IMG/VR virus record: IMGVR_UViG_3300046170_000173
Strand: one strand, 5' to 3'
Length of the DNA stretch: 64,000 bases
From: a virus
In this document: piece after piece, positions 17,192 through 33,300 of the stretch
Position numbering within the stretch: position 1 is the stretch's first letter
Layout: the number at the start of each line of letters is the position of its first letter
The notes under the pieces: model-generated
The model's database searches: none
What the model was told of the DNA's origin: nothing
Seen by the model: only the letters and a program-made list of their open reading frames with translations
Made by a program: the position numbers and the translations under genes

Positions 17192-17861
17192 ACAATTCCT
17201 TGAATACTATGGAGATCAGACACGATGGTTCCTAGGTGAGGTTGTCAATGTAAAGGATGATCCTCTCCAGCTAGGACGTGTTCGCGTAAAGATTTTTGGA
17301 GTCTATGACGAAATAGAAGAACCAGACCTACCGTGGGCACAGATCGTAGTTCCTATCACACAAGGTGTACATGAAGGTAAAGGACAGTATCTTGGTATGT
17401 TAGTGGGAACTCACGTATTCGGTATCTTTCTGGATGGTAAGGATTCACAACTCCCTCTCGTTCTAGGGACGATTCCAAAGAAAGACGATAATAATCAACG
17501 TGCTACAGAGAACTATCCCCATAATAAGATCTATCAAACCGAACAGGGACACTTCAAAGAGTATGATGACACACCTGAGAACACACGCATTAGAGAACAA
17601 CATGCTTCTGGCACATACACCGAAATGGAACACAACGGAGGTATGCGAACAGAGGTCCAGAAAGACCAGTATATACGCGTTAAGGGTGATGCAGAGATCG
17701 AAGTAGGTTCCAAAGATGGAGGGAACCGCGCAAACGTTACTATAAGAGGTGACTGCAATATTACAGTGACAGGAGACGCGAAGATCTCAGCGAAGAACGT
17801 TTCAGTAACAGGCACAGACACCGTGACGGTACGCGGCGGTAATGGAGTTCGTCTGGGATGA
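17169..17861 (+). CDS. 5: Central spike gp5 (OB fold plus short beta-helix, no lysozyme domain)
   Basis: WF.GEV....DP.QLGRVRV..FG, LPWA, YP.N....TE.GH..EYDDTP...RI. Confidence 0.9.
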   Translation: MVNTMIPKQFLEYYGDQTRWFLGEVVNVKDDPLQLGRVRVKIFGVYDEIEEPDLPWAQIVVPITQGVHEGKGQYLGMLVGTHVFGIFLDGKDSQLPLVLGTIPKKDDNNQRATENYPHNKIYQTEQGHFKEYDDTPENTRIREQHASGTYTEMEHNGGMRTEVQKDQYIRVKGDAEIEVGSKDGGNRANVTIRGDCNITVTGDAKISAKNVSVTGTDTVTVRGGNGVRLG

Positions 17862-19484
17862 CATCCATTACGATACCTCTGCCGTGTCCTGAAGGGGGAC
17901 TACCGACTAAGGCAGATCTCACTAACATGTTCAATCAGATCACAGCGATTCCCAGCGACATCGAAGCGAAACTGGTTGAATTCAAACAGCAGGTCGCTAA
18001 GGACGCTGAGGACACACTAGACCGTATCCGTAACTTGGAAGAAGAGATTGCGGTGAAGTCCGGTGAGGAACGTGCTAGACTGGAAGCAGACCTAGAAGCA
18101 CTGAAGAATGGAGAGGACCCATTAGGTATTGTATCAGAGTTTGAAGATAAGATCAAGGAAATTGAAGATACTATTGATAATGTCGCGACACTCTTTGAAC
18201 CGTATTGGGAGAAGGGTAGGACAGTCCGTCAGTTAGAGAAGGAAGCAGAGGACGCATTCACAGAACTTGTGCAGGAGTTTCATATCTTTATTCCTGTCAA
18301 GATGATGGAGATGATCAGTAAGATTATTCCTGTAGAGTTTGCGGTTCCTATTATGGGATTGTCTATTGATGTATTGCGACTGATCAGTGAGCCATCTTAT
18401 CAGGAAGAACTCAAGGCACAGATCTCTGGGTGGACAGAAGAGTATACCACAAAACTAGAGACATTGCAAGAAGATTTTGAATCAGGGAAACTCGAACAGG
18501 ATGCGTATGACTCTGCATTAGGTATGTTAGAGGATGAGAAAGCGAAAGTGCTTGATGCCTTCTATATGCTTGTTCCCGAACAGTATAGACTACACGATGG
18601 AGAGTTCGGTGTCAAGTGTGAAGAGTGGAAGGCAAAACTCACATGGTCTTATATTAAAAACGAGATCATGGAATGGTGCACGATGTCACTGTTCAAACTG
18701 TTCGATAAACTGATCGGTAAGTTCAAAGAGATATGGGACGCATTAGGTCTGCCCAACTTACCTATTCCATTGTCTTTTGATATGGCAGAATGGGTTCGCG
18801 CAGTCATAGACATGGTCGTAGAAAAGTATACAGAAGAACAGAACCGCATACTCGGCGACCTAGAGAAACTACAGAACCTTGACGTAGAACAGGAACTCGC
18901 AGACTTAGAACAGGATGTTGAGGATAATATAACACAGTTAGAGTCAGATGTCAAGAACTTTGATGCACAAACTGAGTTAGAGAACGAATTAAACCAGATA
19001 GGTCTTGACATGATCGATGAGATCCTAGAGACCAGTATACCATTACCCGCACCTTTTGACATCACTCTCGTAGAAGTATTCGGTGGTGAGATAGAAGGAA
19101 AGGTCACGTGTCTGGAAGAACGTATTAATCAGATCGTCACTGCGGCACGTGACTGGAAAATAATCTCCATGAAGGAACTGTTCAATATCTGGTTACGTAA
19201 GATCAAGAAGTTTCTGTCTGCGATCGGTCTGGGAAAGCTGTTATCGTTCTTAGACTTTACGCTGTGTGATGTCATGGAGCTGATCGGACTACCGCTGGAG
19301 ATAGAGATACCCTTACCAGACCTGTCCGTTATAGGAGTGGAGCCCCCCCCTACTTATAGCAGTTGAACGGGTCCCCCACAGAGCAGGGGGTTTAGCTCTC
19401 CCCAGCCTCGATGACATTCAAGCCCCCGATACAGAAAACATGACCGAAGAAGAATTCCAAGAATTTATCGACGGTCTGGTATAA
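17858..19484 (+). CDS. Acidic alpha-helical virion protein; frameshift in the C8 run at 19343-19350
   Basis: ORF 17858-19366; with C7 it would read on to ...EEFQEFIDGLV* at 19484, abutting the next late promoter. Confidence 0.65.
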
Positions 19485-19487
19485 ATA
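19480..19487 (+). promoter_or_regulatory. T4-type late promoter
   Basis: TATAAATA upstream of gp25. Confidence 0.8.
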
Positions 19488-19515
19488 GAACAAAACACAT
19501 TTCAGAGATTCTACT

Positions 19516-19959
19516 ATGGCGACCACAGTATTCTCATTAGAAGACAAGGACATCACCAAACGTCCCATTACAAGTTCAAGTCCAGCGGAGAACTCCGACT
19601 TAGACCTGTCCTTTAGTATCTCTCCAAAAGGAAACCTCTATAAGAAAACTTCGGTTGCGTCTGTTAAACAGTCTATACGTAAACTGTTGTTAACTAATCG
19701 CGGTGACATTCCGTTTCAACCATTGTTAGGCGCGGACCTGAATCGTCTTCTCTTTGAACTATCTACAGATCTGGATGAAGACGACATAGAGACAATTGTT
19801 GCTGAGACGATACGCAGATACGAACCACGCGTGGGTATGACGAAAGTCAAAGCGAATTTGGATAGTGATAATAATGCGTTAAGGATATACATTGTGTTTC
19901 AGATAATTGAGAATTTAAAAGTAGAGACGATGGAAGTGTCCATCTCAAGGATACGATAA
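19516..19959 (+). CDS. 25: Baseplate wedge / sheath initiator gp25
   Basis: SDLDLSF, VKQSI..LLLTN.G..PF.P..G, I..YEPRV. Confidence 0.9.
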   Translation: MATTVFSLEDKDITKRPITSSSPAENSDLDLSFSISPKGNLYKKTSVASVKQSIRKLLLTNRGDIPFQPLLGADLNRLLFELSTDLDEDDIETIVAETIRRYEPRVGMTKVKANLDSDNNALRIYIVFQIIENLKVETMEVSISRIR

Positions 19960-21779
19960 TGGCAGTGAAAACTACAGACCTAGACTTCTTAGAAATCAGA
20001 CAGAGTCTAAAACAACACTTTAAGAAGTATGACGAATACAAGGACTACAACTTTGAAGGTTCTGGTCTGTCGAGTATTATGGATGTGCTTGCGTATAATA
20101 CTCATGTGAATGGTCTTATCGCGAACATGGCGATCAATGAGTCGTTCCTTAGTTCGTCACAATTACGTTCCAGTGCGGTCAGTCATGCAGAGACTTTGGG
20201 TTACACACCGAAGAGTAATACAGCATCGACCGCATACCTAGATCTCAGACTCACCACGGATACGAGTTCTGTTTCTCCAAAAAGCGTAGCGGGTGCCCCC
20301 AAAAAAATCAGCAAAGGACATGCAGTCTTCGCAGAAGTGGGAGATACCGCATACCGATTCGTAACAACAGATGATACATCGGTAGTCGGTAATGTATCCT
20401 CAGACGGGACAATCACCTACGACTGGACGGGCGTCGAAGTCAAGGAAGGAACTTATCGCGAAAAAACCTTTTTAGTGTCATCCGAAAAAGATGCGGTATA
20501 CGTCATACCAGACACCAACGTAGATGTGTCTACAATGATCGTCACGGTCTCTGAGAACCCTACCACTATGGAGACAGTATCATATTCTAACATTCTGTCA
20601 GTCCCTTCTATTACTCCAGATTCGCGTGTCTATATGATTAAAGAAATCTCGAACGGATACTACGAGATGTTCTTCTCTGACGGTAATGTATTAGGAGAAG
20701 GGCCTGGGGTCGGTTCGGTTATTCGAGTTTCTTATTTACAGACATTGGGCGAAAAACCAAATGGTGCGATTAACTTCAATGCGGATCGTCTGGACGGATT
20801 GCGTATCGAAGTAACTAATACTACAGAAGCGGGTGGAGGCTCTGATAAGGAATCCCTTAGTTCTATTAAACTCAACGCACCAAGAGCGTTTGCATCACAA
20901 CAACGTTTAGTGACTGCCGAAGATTACGCAGCGATGATACAGTCAAACTATGGAAATGATATCCAAAATGTTATCGCATGGGGTGGAGCAGATAATCAAC
21001 CACCAGAATATGGTAAGGTATTTGTCAGCCTTGATTTTTATGAGGGGGTCCCATATCAGCGACAAAACATTGTAAAGGAATCCATTATATCAGATTTGAC
21101 TTCGCACCTTTCTATTATGTCAATAGATACAGAGTTTGTCAATCCAAAGAAAACTTACTTAGAAATCAATACCGTCTTTCAGTTAGACGCAGTTTCTAAG
21201 ATTGATACACCAGAAGGACAATCTAGCACAGTCATGCAGTTTATTGTAGACTATGTAAAAGAGAACCTTGGAACCTTTGGAACAGTATTCCGCCGTTCAA
21301 ATCTATTGAGTGATATTGATTCTATCCATCCTAGTATACTCAACTCACGAATGGAAGTCAAGGGTCAACAACGAATTACTGTAATCGAACCAAGGGCATT
21401 AAGTCATGTGATAGATTACCCATTCGCGTTAGCATCTCCGGACAAGGACGTTAATACTGTAACAACATCTCCTTTCTTATGGCAAGGAAAAAATGTCATT
21501 ATTAAAAATGAATTAGGGTCCCATAAATTACAGATCTTTAACCTTGATGGTGAACTAGAGTTCAGTAACATCGGTTACTATGACGAAGCAAAGGGACAGG
21601 TTTTAATAAATGCATTGGAAGTGCAAACAAATCTACTTCCAGTAGAGATCAAGATCTCAGTGGTTCCTGCCAATTCGTCGACGATCAGACCATTACGCAA
21701 CTATATTATAGAACTTGATGAGGGCTTATCTACATCTCGTGCAATCATTGATGAAGGGACGATTAAGGTCACATTATAA
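19959..21779 (+). CDS. 6: Baseplate wedge gp6
   Basis: [17 protein letters not shown]...[26 protein letters not shown]. Confidence 0.95.
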   Translation: MAVKTTDLDFLEIRQSLKQHFKKYDEYKDYNFEGSGLSSIMDVLAYNTHVNGLIANMAINESFLSSSQLRSSAVSHAETLGYTPKSNTASTAYLDLRLTTDTSSVSPKSVAGAPKKISKGHAVFAEVGDTAYRFVTTDDTSVVGNVSSDGTITYDWTGVEVKEGTYREKTFLVSSEKDAVYVIPDTNVDVSTMIVTVSENPTTMETVSYSNILSVPSITPDSRVYMIKEISNGYYEMFFSDGNVLGEGPGVGSVIRVSYLQTLGEKPNGAINFNADRLDGLRIEVTNTTEAGGGSDKESLSSIKLNAPRAFASQQRLVTAEDYAAMIQSNYGNDIQNVIAWGGADNQPPEYGKVFVSLDFYEGVPYQRQNIVKESIISDLTSHLSIMSIDTEFVNPKKTYLEINTVFQLDAVSKIDTPEGQSSTVMQFIVDYVKENLGTFGTVFRRSNLLSDIDSIHPSILNSRMEVKGQQRITVIEPRALSHVIDYPFALASPDKDVNTVTTSPFLWQGKNVIIKNELGSHKLQIFNLDGELEFSNIGYYDEAKGQVLINALEVQTNLLPVEIKISVVPANSSTIRPLRNYIIELDEGLSTSRAIIDEGTIKVTL

Positions 21780-23611
21780 TGGCAATACAAACGGACGACC
21801 GTCGAACTCATATCGGACTGCATTCCAACACAGTAAGGAATGCGGTACCTGAGTTTTTCGTTGAGCAATACCCAGAGTTTATACAGTTCCTTGAAAGGTA
21901 CTACGAGTACATGGAAGGGAACGAGAGTGGTTCGTTTTCAAAACAGATACAGTCTTTATATAATGTACGCACTATTAGTAGCATAGATGGGTCCCATCTA
22001 GATTCATTACTCGCCGAACTTGCAGAGGGTGTTCAGTCAGATACATTCTACAACAATCCTCAGTTGATGGCAAGACTTCTTGCTAACTTCTATCGTGCGA
22101 AAGGTACAGAACAATCAGTTGAACAATTCTTTCGTGGGTTCTTTGGTGATACCGTAGAGATAGAATATCCGAAACGTAACATCTTTATTCTGAATGATCA
22201 GGATGGTGGGTCCTTTATTGGTCCAGAGAGTATTAAGTTTATTGTCGACGATAAGAAGTATCAGATCTTCTCTATCTTATTGAAGACCGGAATGAGTCTC
22301 ATAGACTATGAAACAATCTATAAGAAGTTTGCTCATCCCGCTGGTTTCTATCTTGCAGCAGAAGTTGCATTATTGTCTCATGCTATTATAGGACTCCGTG
22401 CGGGTCTTACTACAGATCCATTAGAGACACCAAACTATCCAGTACCAGTCGGATCAGAAGTGGGTGGTATCAACCTACGTTCTACGTTTGCGTTGATGAC
22501 ACTGCGCGAGACGGACCCAGAAGACATCACATTTATTTTGAGCGCACTAGAGACGTTAGACCGTTACGACGATATATCCATCGAACGTCTAGCAGAAATT
22601 TACACAACCGTTGCGGACTGGGCATCGACTCGATCGTTTAGAATGAGTAACGATGAGATCCTCATGTCTGAAGACTTTGAACTACTTGATGGTGGTGCGG
22701 CGGAGACAGAGGTTACGGTCAGGTATAGAGATGCAGATGGTACCTTAGTAGATGTTGGTCCAGAGGTTTGGACTCCAGATATGATTGAACCACCACAACC
22801 GATGCCAACTCCAGATCCGGAACCAGAACCTGAGCCAGAACCAGAACCTGAGCCGGAACCAGAGCCGGGCCCTGAACCACAACCAGAACCAGAACCAGAA
22901 CCAGAAGAGGATCTACCAGACAATATAGTCCACTACAGATCAGCATACCCAGAGTATTCGTGGGAGCAGTGGATACCGACACTTAGAGTTACAGTCAAGT
23001 GGAATGACGAAGTCGTCTACGATATAACAGGTCACGAAGATGGTTGGCCTACCAGACTCATTGGTCCAGATGGTCGCATCTATGAACGTGGTGATCAGGA
23101 GTCTTCTGACTATAACGGAAACATATTTGGTGTACTCCGCGTGGGTCCAACTCCGGAACCAGAACCTGAGCCTGAACCAGAACCAGAACCACAACCTGAG
23201 CCTGAACCAGAACCACAACCAGAGCCAGAACCGGAGCCAGGCCCTGAACCAGAACCGGAGCCAGAACCAGAACCGGAACCAGAACCGGAGCCAGAACCAG
23301 AACCGGAACCAGAACCGGAGCCAGAACCAGAACCGGAACCAGAACCAGCGGACATTCGATATTCTAAAGATGCCCCAAGATTCTACTGGTATCATGCAGA
23401 CTACTATGACCCATCAAGTGATGAAGGTATGGTTTATACAGCAGTCTATTGGAATGATCAGTTAGTATTCACTGAAAATACGCCAGGGATCTTCAGAAGG
23501 TCATCTTATACTATTGGTGGTGTGACTTATACTCGTAGAGATTTAAGAGACTCTCAAGTATATGGAATACGAGACGATTTGGTTTATTGGTATGCCATCG
23601 AGAAATCTTAA
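21779..23611 (+). CDS. 7: Baseplate wedge gp7-like protein extended by two (PE)n linkers and two small beta-domains
   Basis: PEF....YP.F..FL..YYE, FY.AKGT..S...FF, HPAGF; follows gp6. Confidence 0.75.
   Translation: MAIQTDDRRTHIGLHSNTVRNAVPEFFVEQYPEFIQFLERYYEYMEGNESGSFSKQIQSLYNVRTISSIDGSHLDSLLAELAEGVQSDTFYNNPQLMARLLANFYRAKGTEQSVEQFFRGFFGDTVEIEYPKRNIFILNDQDGGSFIGPESIKFIVDDKKYQIFSILLKTGMSLIDYETIYKKFAHPAGFYLAAEVALLSHAIIGLRAGLTTDPLETPNYPVPVGSEVGGINLRSTFALMTLRETDPEDITFILSALETLDRYDDISIERLAEIYTTVADWASTRSFRMSNDEILMSEDFELLDGGAAETEVTVRYRDADGTLVDVGPEVWTPDMIEPPQPMPTPDPEPEPEPEPEPEPEPEPGPEPQPEPEPEPEEDLPDNIVHYRSAYPEYSWEQWIPTLRVTVKWNDEVVYDITGHEDGWPTRLIGPDGRIYERGDQESSDYNGNIFGVLRVGPTPEPEPEPEPEPEPQPEPEPEPQPEPEPEPGPEPEPEPEPEPEPEPEPEPEPEPEPEPEPEPEPEPADIRYSKDAPRFYWYHADYYDPSSDEGMVYTAVYWNDQLVFTENTPGIFRRSSYTIGGVTYTRRDLRDSQVYGIRDDLVYWYAIEKS
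22811..22906 (+). repeat. (Pro-Glu)n coding repeat 1 (CCAGAA-type hexamer)
   Basis: Direct inspection. Confidence 0.95.
23153..23347 (+). repeat. (Pro-Glu)n coding repeat 2
   Basis: About 32 PE/PQ/PG units. Confidence 0.95.
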
Positions 23612-23647
23612 TAAAAATAAATAAACTATTTTAAGGGACAAACAAAA

Positions 23648-27763
<4,116 letters not shown>

Positions 27764-27771
27764 TTGATAAC

Positions 27772-27797
27772 GGGGGGTGTAATTCCCCCCATTTTTT
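27772..27797 (+). terminator. Intrinsic terminator
   Basis: GGGGGG-tgtaatt-CCCCCC-aTTTTTT. Confidence 0.7.
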
Positions 27798-27808
27798 ATG
27801 GATACCAA

Positions 27809-28807
27809 ATGATAGCAAACCTATGCGCGTATAAGTACCCCGTCATATATGGAAACTGGGCGGAGATGTATTGTTATGTAACCCTCGCTCTTTCTAATCT
27901 TGGATACACAGTAAATAGAAGTCCTTATATAGACTCTCCCAGTTTACAACACATGACGGAACAGGGAATTGTAGACAACCCCGATGATCTTTATATTTAC
28001 AACCACACGTTTTTAGAAGAACTAAACACGAGAGGACTTATACGGGGACCCAACGTCCTTATATTAAAACCCACGGGACCTACATCCAAACACTTTACTA
28101 TTGACCCCATAGGATACGCTGCGGCCTCGTCGATAACCTACACTAAACCCAACTTTGAAAACTATGACAGCACGTCGTTCTTTAATACTGACGTAGTAAG
28201 TTACATCAATGATAGAGAATCCAAGTGGTCGGACAGACAAGATGAGTTTGGTTTCTTACAAGAAGAATTAGATGTTCCAAATGATCATGTTTTGGTTATA
28301 GGACAAATGCCCGCAGACCAAACGGTGACCGAAATGTCTTTTGGAAACCATTGGACCAAGATGTGTTCTATTGTCGAAGAGCTTATGGGAACACAGCCTG
28401 TTGTGGTTAAACTTCATCCAACTCTCAAGAAAGAATGTGATGACTGGGAAAAGTATCAAACTAAGATAGATGAGTGGAGAGAAAATGGAGTTACAGTTTT
28501 TGATGACTTCCAAAGTTTATACGATATCTTACCCAAGACCAGAGTTGCAATCTTAGAGAACAGTACGGCGGGAATCGAATGTGCCATGCATGATGTCCCA
28601 ATGATATCATACGGTTATCCAGAATACCATTGGATCACAAAAGACCTTAGACACTTATCACAGTTGAAGTTATATGTTCGAGATCTGTCTTGGTTTGATT
28701 TAGAAAGGTCACGTAGTTTCATTGCATGGTACTGTCAACAGTATCAGTGTTATGACTACGAAAGCACCTTCAAAAGGATTAAAGAACTTTTATTCAAAGG
28801 TTCTTGA
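27809..28807 (+). CDS. Capsule-polysaccharide-synthesis (KpsC/KpsS-like) GT-B glycosyltransferase
   Basis: VLVIGQ.P.D.TV, VVVKLHP, NSTAGIE.A....P.I..G...Y motifs; ATG at 27809 lies after the terminator. Confidence 0.65.
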   Translation: MIANLCAYKYPVIYGNWAEMYCYVTLALSNLGYTVNRSPYIDSPSLQHMTEQGIVDNPDDLYIYNHTFLEELNTRGLIRGPNVLILKPTGPTSKHFTIDPIGYAAASSITYTKPNFENYDSTSFFNTDVVSYINDRESKWSDRQDEFGFLQEELDVPNDHVLVIGQMPADQTVTEMSFGNHWTKMCSIVEELMGTQPVVVKLHPTLKKECDDWEKYQTKIDEWRENGVTVFDDFQSLYDILPKTRVAILENSTAGIECAMHDVPMISYGYPEYHWITKDLRHLSQLKLYVRDLSWFDLERSRSFIAWYCQQYQCYDYESTFKRIKELLFKGS

Positions 28808-28815
28808 TAAATTGT

Positions 28816-28823
28816 TATAAATA
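28816..28823 (+). promoter_or_regulatory. T4-type late promoter
   Basis: TATAAATA upstream of gp8. Confidence 0.8.
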
Positions 28824-28854
28824 TGAAATATTATTTCTATTCAGGAAAGATGAA

Positions 28855-30318
28855 ATGCCAGCCATTGTTAGACAACCATTGCGAACCTCACTTGCGAAGG
28901 ATCTTCTAGCGAGTGTCCTTGGTCCTGAGTCTGACTACTACATCGGTATCGGCAAGTCCGATATCTTTGGTTCAGATGATACAGTTCCGGCACCTATAGA
29001 TTCTTCAGCAGAAGAACGAGAGTTCAGAAACAATTTACAGTCCGTAAAGAAAGTTGAAGGTGCGGTGATGGTCACTCGCCGATATAACTGGACGAACGGA
29101 AACAAGTATCAGGGATGGGACGATAACGTCTCGCAGACAGGTAGCGAGTTCCCATTTTATGTCATGAACAGTGCAAAGGAAGTATACCTTTGTTTGTCAC
29201 ATGGTATTGATGATACTGGTACCCATCAACCGTCGACAGTAGAACCAAACTACTATACCGATGCAGAACAAGATGTCAATCTGGAACCACCAGAGCCCAT
29301 GCAGTGGAAACCATTTATTCTATCTGACGGGTACACTTGGAAGTACATGTTCTCTCTGACTCCTGAAAATATATACACCTTCTTATCATCTAACCACATC
29401 CCAGTACAACCATTAGAAGATGAACTGAGTGATGGTGATTCTATTGAAGATCTGCAATGGCATGTTGCCGACAAGGCAATCGGTGGTCAGATCATTAGTA
29501 TCATAGTTACCGATGGTGGTGAGGGTTATGACCAGAACAACCCCCCAGTTGTAAAGATTGAAGGCGATGGCACCGGCGCGACTGCAACCGCAGTTGTTGA
29601 TACAAACGGACAGGTCGTAAGAATAGATTTAGCATATCGTGAAACTGTTGGGGATATTCCAACTAGAAAAACAATCACATCATACGGATCGGGATATAGT
29701 CGTGCGTTAATAACTATCGAAGGTGGTAATGGTGAGGGCGAGGCCGATGCAAAGGCACGTCCGGTTATTACGACCTCTACCGGACTAGGTGCTGACGCAT
29801 CATCTGATTTCAAAACAAGTTCGGTCCTAATGACTATCAAACCAAACGGAGATGAGAACAACAGGTTTATCTTAGAAAACTCATTCCGACAGATTGGTAT
29901 ACTCAGGGGTCCTAAGAAACAGGATGGTACCCCTTATACCGGCGCAGGTGATAAGTGTCTATCGTCATTCACCTTAAACAACAATGCTCCGTTTGATCAT
30001 GGAGAGTTAGTTGAGGCGTCATCACCGTCCGGAGAAAATAATAGTCTTTTGTCAACGGGCGCAGTCGCATATGTCAATGAAGTTAAAGACAAGACAGTTT
30101 ATTATCATCAAAATATGACTACAGGGTTTACTCCCTTTGGTCCTAACCACGCCGTTACTCAAGTGAGCAACAGCTCTAAGTCTGGAGTTATAGATTTCGT
30201 CACCGTAACATATGGCATCGACCGATACACAGGTGAGGTACTATACATCGAGAACCACCCACGCATTCGTCGTGACGCGGAACAACAAGAAGACATTAAA
30301 GTAGTCATCACGGTCTAG
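28855..30318 (+). CDS. 8: Baseplate wedge gp8
   Basis: MPAIV...R, YYIGIG, R.NWT.G..Y, FYVMN...VY.CL, DGY.WKYMF, GE.LYIEN...I.R...Q.EDIKVVI. Confidence 0.9.
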   Translation: MPAIVRQPLRTSLAKDLLASVLGPESDYYIGIGKSDIFGSDDTVPAPIDSSAEEREFRNNLQSVKKVEGAVMVTRRYNWTNGNKYQGWDDNVSQTGSEFPFYVMNSAKEVYLCLSHGIDDTGTHQPSTVEPNYYTDAEQDVNLEPPEPMQWKPFILSDGYTWKYMFSLTPENIYTFLSSNHIPVQPLEDELSDGDSIEDLQWHVADKAIGGQIISIIVTDGGEGYDQNNPPVVKIEGDGTGATATAVVDTNGQVVRIDLAYRETVGDIPTRKTITSYGSGYSRALITIEGGNGEGEADAKARPVITTSTGLGADASSDFKTSSVLMTIKPNGDENNRFILENSFRQIGILRGPKKQDGTPYTGAGDKCLSSFTLNNNAPFDHGELVEASSPSGENNSLLSTGAVAYVNEVKDKTVYYHQNMTTGFTPFGPNHAVTQVSNSSKSGVIDFVTVTYGIDRYTGEVLYIENHPRIRRDAEQQEDIKVVITV

Positions 30319-30326
30319 GATAAATC

Positions 30327-33300
30327 ATGGCAATCGAAGATAACAAACCACAACCAGTAACTGACACAACATTTAAGATTAATTATCGTGACTACTATGA
30401 TGAGAATGATGGGTATCATCGTGTCTTATTCAATTCTGGTCGTGCGTTACAAGCTCGAGAGTTAATCGAACTACAGACGATCATCCAAGAGGAGATCTCT
30501 CGATTTGGCGGTAACGTATTCAAAGAGGGTGCGTTAGTTAAACCAGGCGGCGTCACTGTAGACAATAAAGTCGAGTTCGTTAGATTCACCGAAACCAGTA
30601 TAGTACCATCGGATATTCAGACACTCACTCATGATGAGAGTGGTATTAAGGCAAAGGTCCTTTCAGTAGATGTAGAATCCAAAACTATCTACGTGCAATA
30701 CACCGACACTCTGGGTGCAGGTGGTGGTGAAACCGCACCAAGGTTTGCTGTAGGCGATCGCCTTGAGGCAGGAGAGGTAGCGGCATCGGGTCTTTCGACT
30801 TGGGCATATTTTGCTTCCGGTGACTACTTTGTTCAAGGACACTTCGTCCATGCGGTTGGTGGTGAAATGATCATCGATCCGGAAGGGACTAGTTACCTAG
30901 ACGCAGATGGTAGATCTACCCCAATCGATATTGGTTTCAAAATTGAAGAAGTTGTTTTCACAGAGAGTGAAGATCCGGAGTTATACGACAACCAAGGGGA
31001 CGTTGTAAATCAAACTTCACCAGGCGCACACCGTTACAAAATTATATTAACACCATCCACTCGCGAACAGTCCAACGAAAATAATTTTGTTTTTGTTGCT
31101 CGTGTCCTTAATGGCGAGATCACTCGTGAGGTCACAAGTCACGATGGATACAACCGTATCAACAAGTTGCTTGCACAGCGCACTAAAGAAGAATCCGGTG
31201 ATTATGTTGTACAAGACTTTACCGCAGTCTTCGAAGATAAGAATGATCAGGAACTAATACTAGATGTCTCTGAAGGTATAGCATACGTAGACGGATACCG
31301 ATTAGATATCGGCCGCACAGAAATAAATGTACCACGTGCACAGTCTTCAAAGAAACTAGATCTAGATAATATTCCAGCATCATACGGTAACTGGGTTTAC
31401 CTAGACCTTTCTGGAACAACTGGTCTGGGTGATATTGCGAACTTCGGTAAACTCGATCTAATTGGATCTGACGGTGATCCGAATAATGTTTTGGGTTCAA
31501 CTTTCTTACGTGGTATTGAAGAAGACCAATCTGGCTTCCGAGCATACATTTTTAATACGGTCACTAATGTTGATGTGTCCTTCAGTGAAGTTCATGAAAT
31601 GGTTACCCCAGACGGGTCGTCCGTATTAAAACTAAGACGTGAATCAGATTCAGGTTCGACGATATACAGCACTACTGACAACAATCTTTTATTTCCATTG
31701 TCTCAATCGAGTCCAGTGGGAAGTACTGTAACCAAGATATCTTACACTCAACAAGTAGTGAAGGCAGGAGAGTCTCCTGAAGATGATAATACAATCTCTA
31801 TCCTTGATGGTCGCGAAACTCAGAACTGGATTCTTTCTAAAGATGGAGTTGGCATTGAAGAGAATGTTGTCCCAACCTTATCAGGAACTTATGAGAACCT
31901 TGATGCGAACGCGACATACACTATTCTTTATTATCAGACAATACAACCTAGCAATAAGAGTAAGACTTTAACATCAACTACTATCAGTGTAACAAGTGGA
32001 TACGATCTTATTTCGTCTCAGGTAGTAGATGGGTATGAGATTGAAAATATACTTCTAACAGTTAATAATCAGTCTTCCGATATCACCTTCATGTATGAGA
32101 TGGATAACGGTCAACGCGACAACTTCTATGACTTTGTTAGATTTAACTTAAAGCCAGGCAACACTATACCGGATGGTGCTGAAGTCTCTATTAGATTTAA
32201 ACACTTCGAACATTCTACTACCGGAGGTTTCTTCTCTGCGGCATCATATGGAACTGAAGCAGAAGGCCAGTTGACTTACGATGAAATACCATCTTACACT
32301 ATGTCTAACGGTAATACGCAATCTCTACGTGACGTTATAGATTTCCGTCCATCGAGAAATTCAAATGGGACATTCAAGGTGATGCCTTTACCACAGAATG
32401 CATCTTCCCTTACTTTGAATGAAGTAGAGTACTATCTACCTCGTATTGATGTTTTGGTTGCTAACGTCGTTGATAGTTACGGTGATGTAGGATTTGGAGA
32501 ACTACAAGTAATACAGGGTCAACCAGCAGTATCTCCTAGACCACCAGAGGTCCCAACAGGATCTTTACCTCTATATGTGTATCGACTTAACGCATATACT
32601 TTTAATTCAACAGATCTTACAATGGAGAAGCAATCCCATAAGCGATATACCATGAAGGATATTGCTAAGATCGAGAACAGACTAGAAGGTCTATACGAAT
32701 TGACGACTCTAAGTTTACTGGAGTCTAGTACCCAATCAATGGATGTATTAGATTCATCTGGTAACCCTAGAACCAAAGCAGGATTCATTGCAGACAACTT
32801 CTCCTCGTTTAACTTCTCCGATGTGAATAGTGTAGACTATCGCGCGTCGGTTGAAACCACGAGTGGAGAACTACAACCATCATTCAGAGAGAATCTAGTT
32901 AGACTGAAGCATGACGAATCGCAAGGGAAGTTCATCTCGTACTGGAGACTACGCAACTCTACCATACACTCACGCCTCGTTCATAACACAAGACGTGGCC
33001 ACGAGTACAATGAACATTAACCCGTTCTCGGTCATCACACAGGAAGGTCACATCACACTATCACCATCAAGTGATGAGTGGGTAGAGACACAGACTCTGC
33101 CACCAATTATGCAGACCGTTGTACGTCGCACACCAATTGAAACAGGTTTCAATGACCTGTGGAGATGGGAAAACGCGCCTGGGGGCATTGGTAACTTCAG
33201 ACAAGCGCAACGCAATCGATTCGAAAGAATGATAGACACCGTGTCGACACAGACACCTCTTGCTCGCTCAATTCAAGAGTTCGTTGGAGAACGTGTCGCA

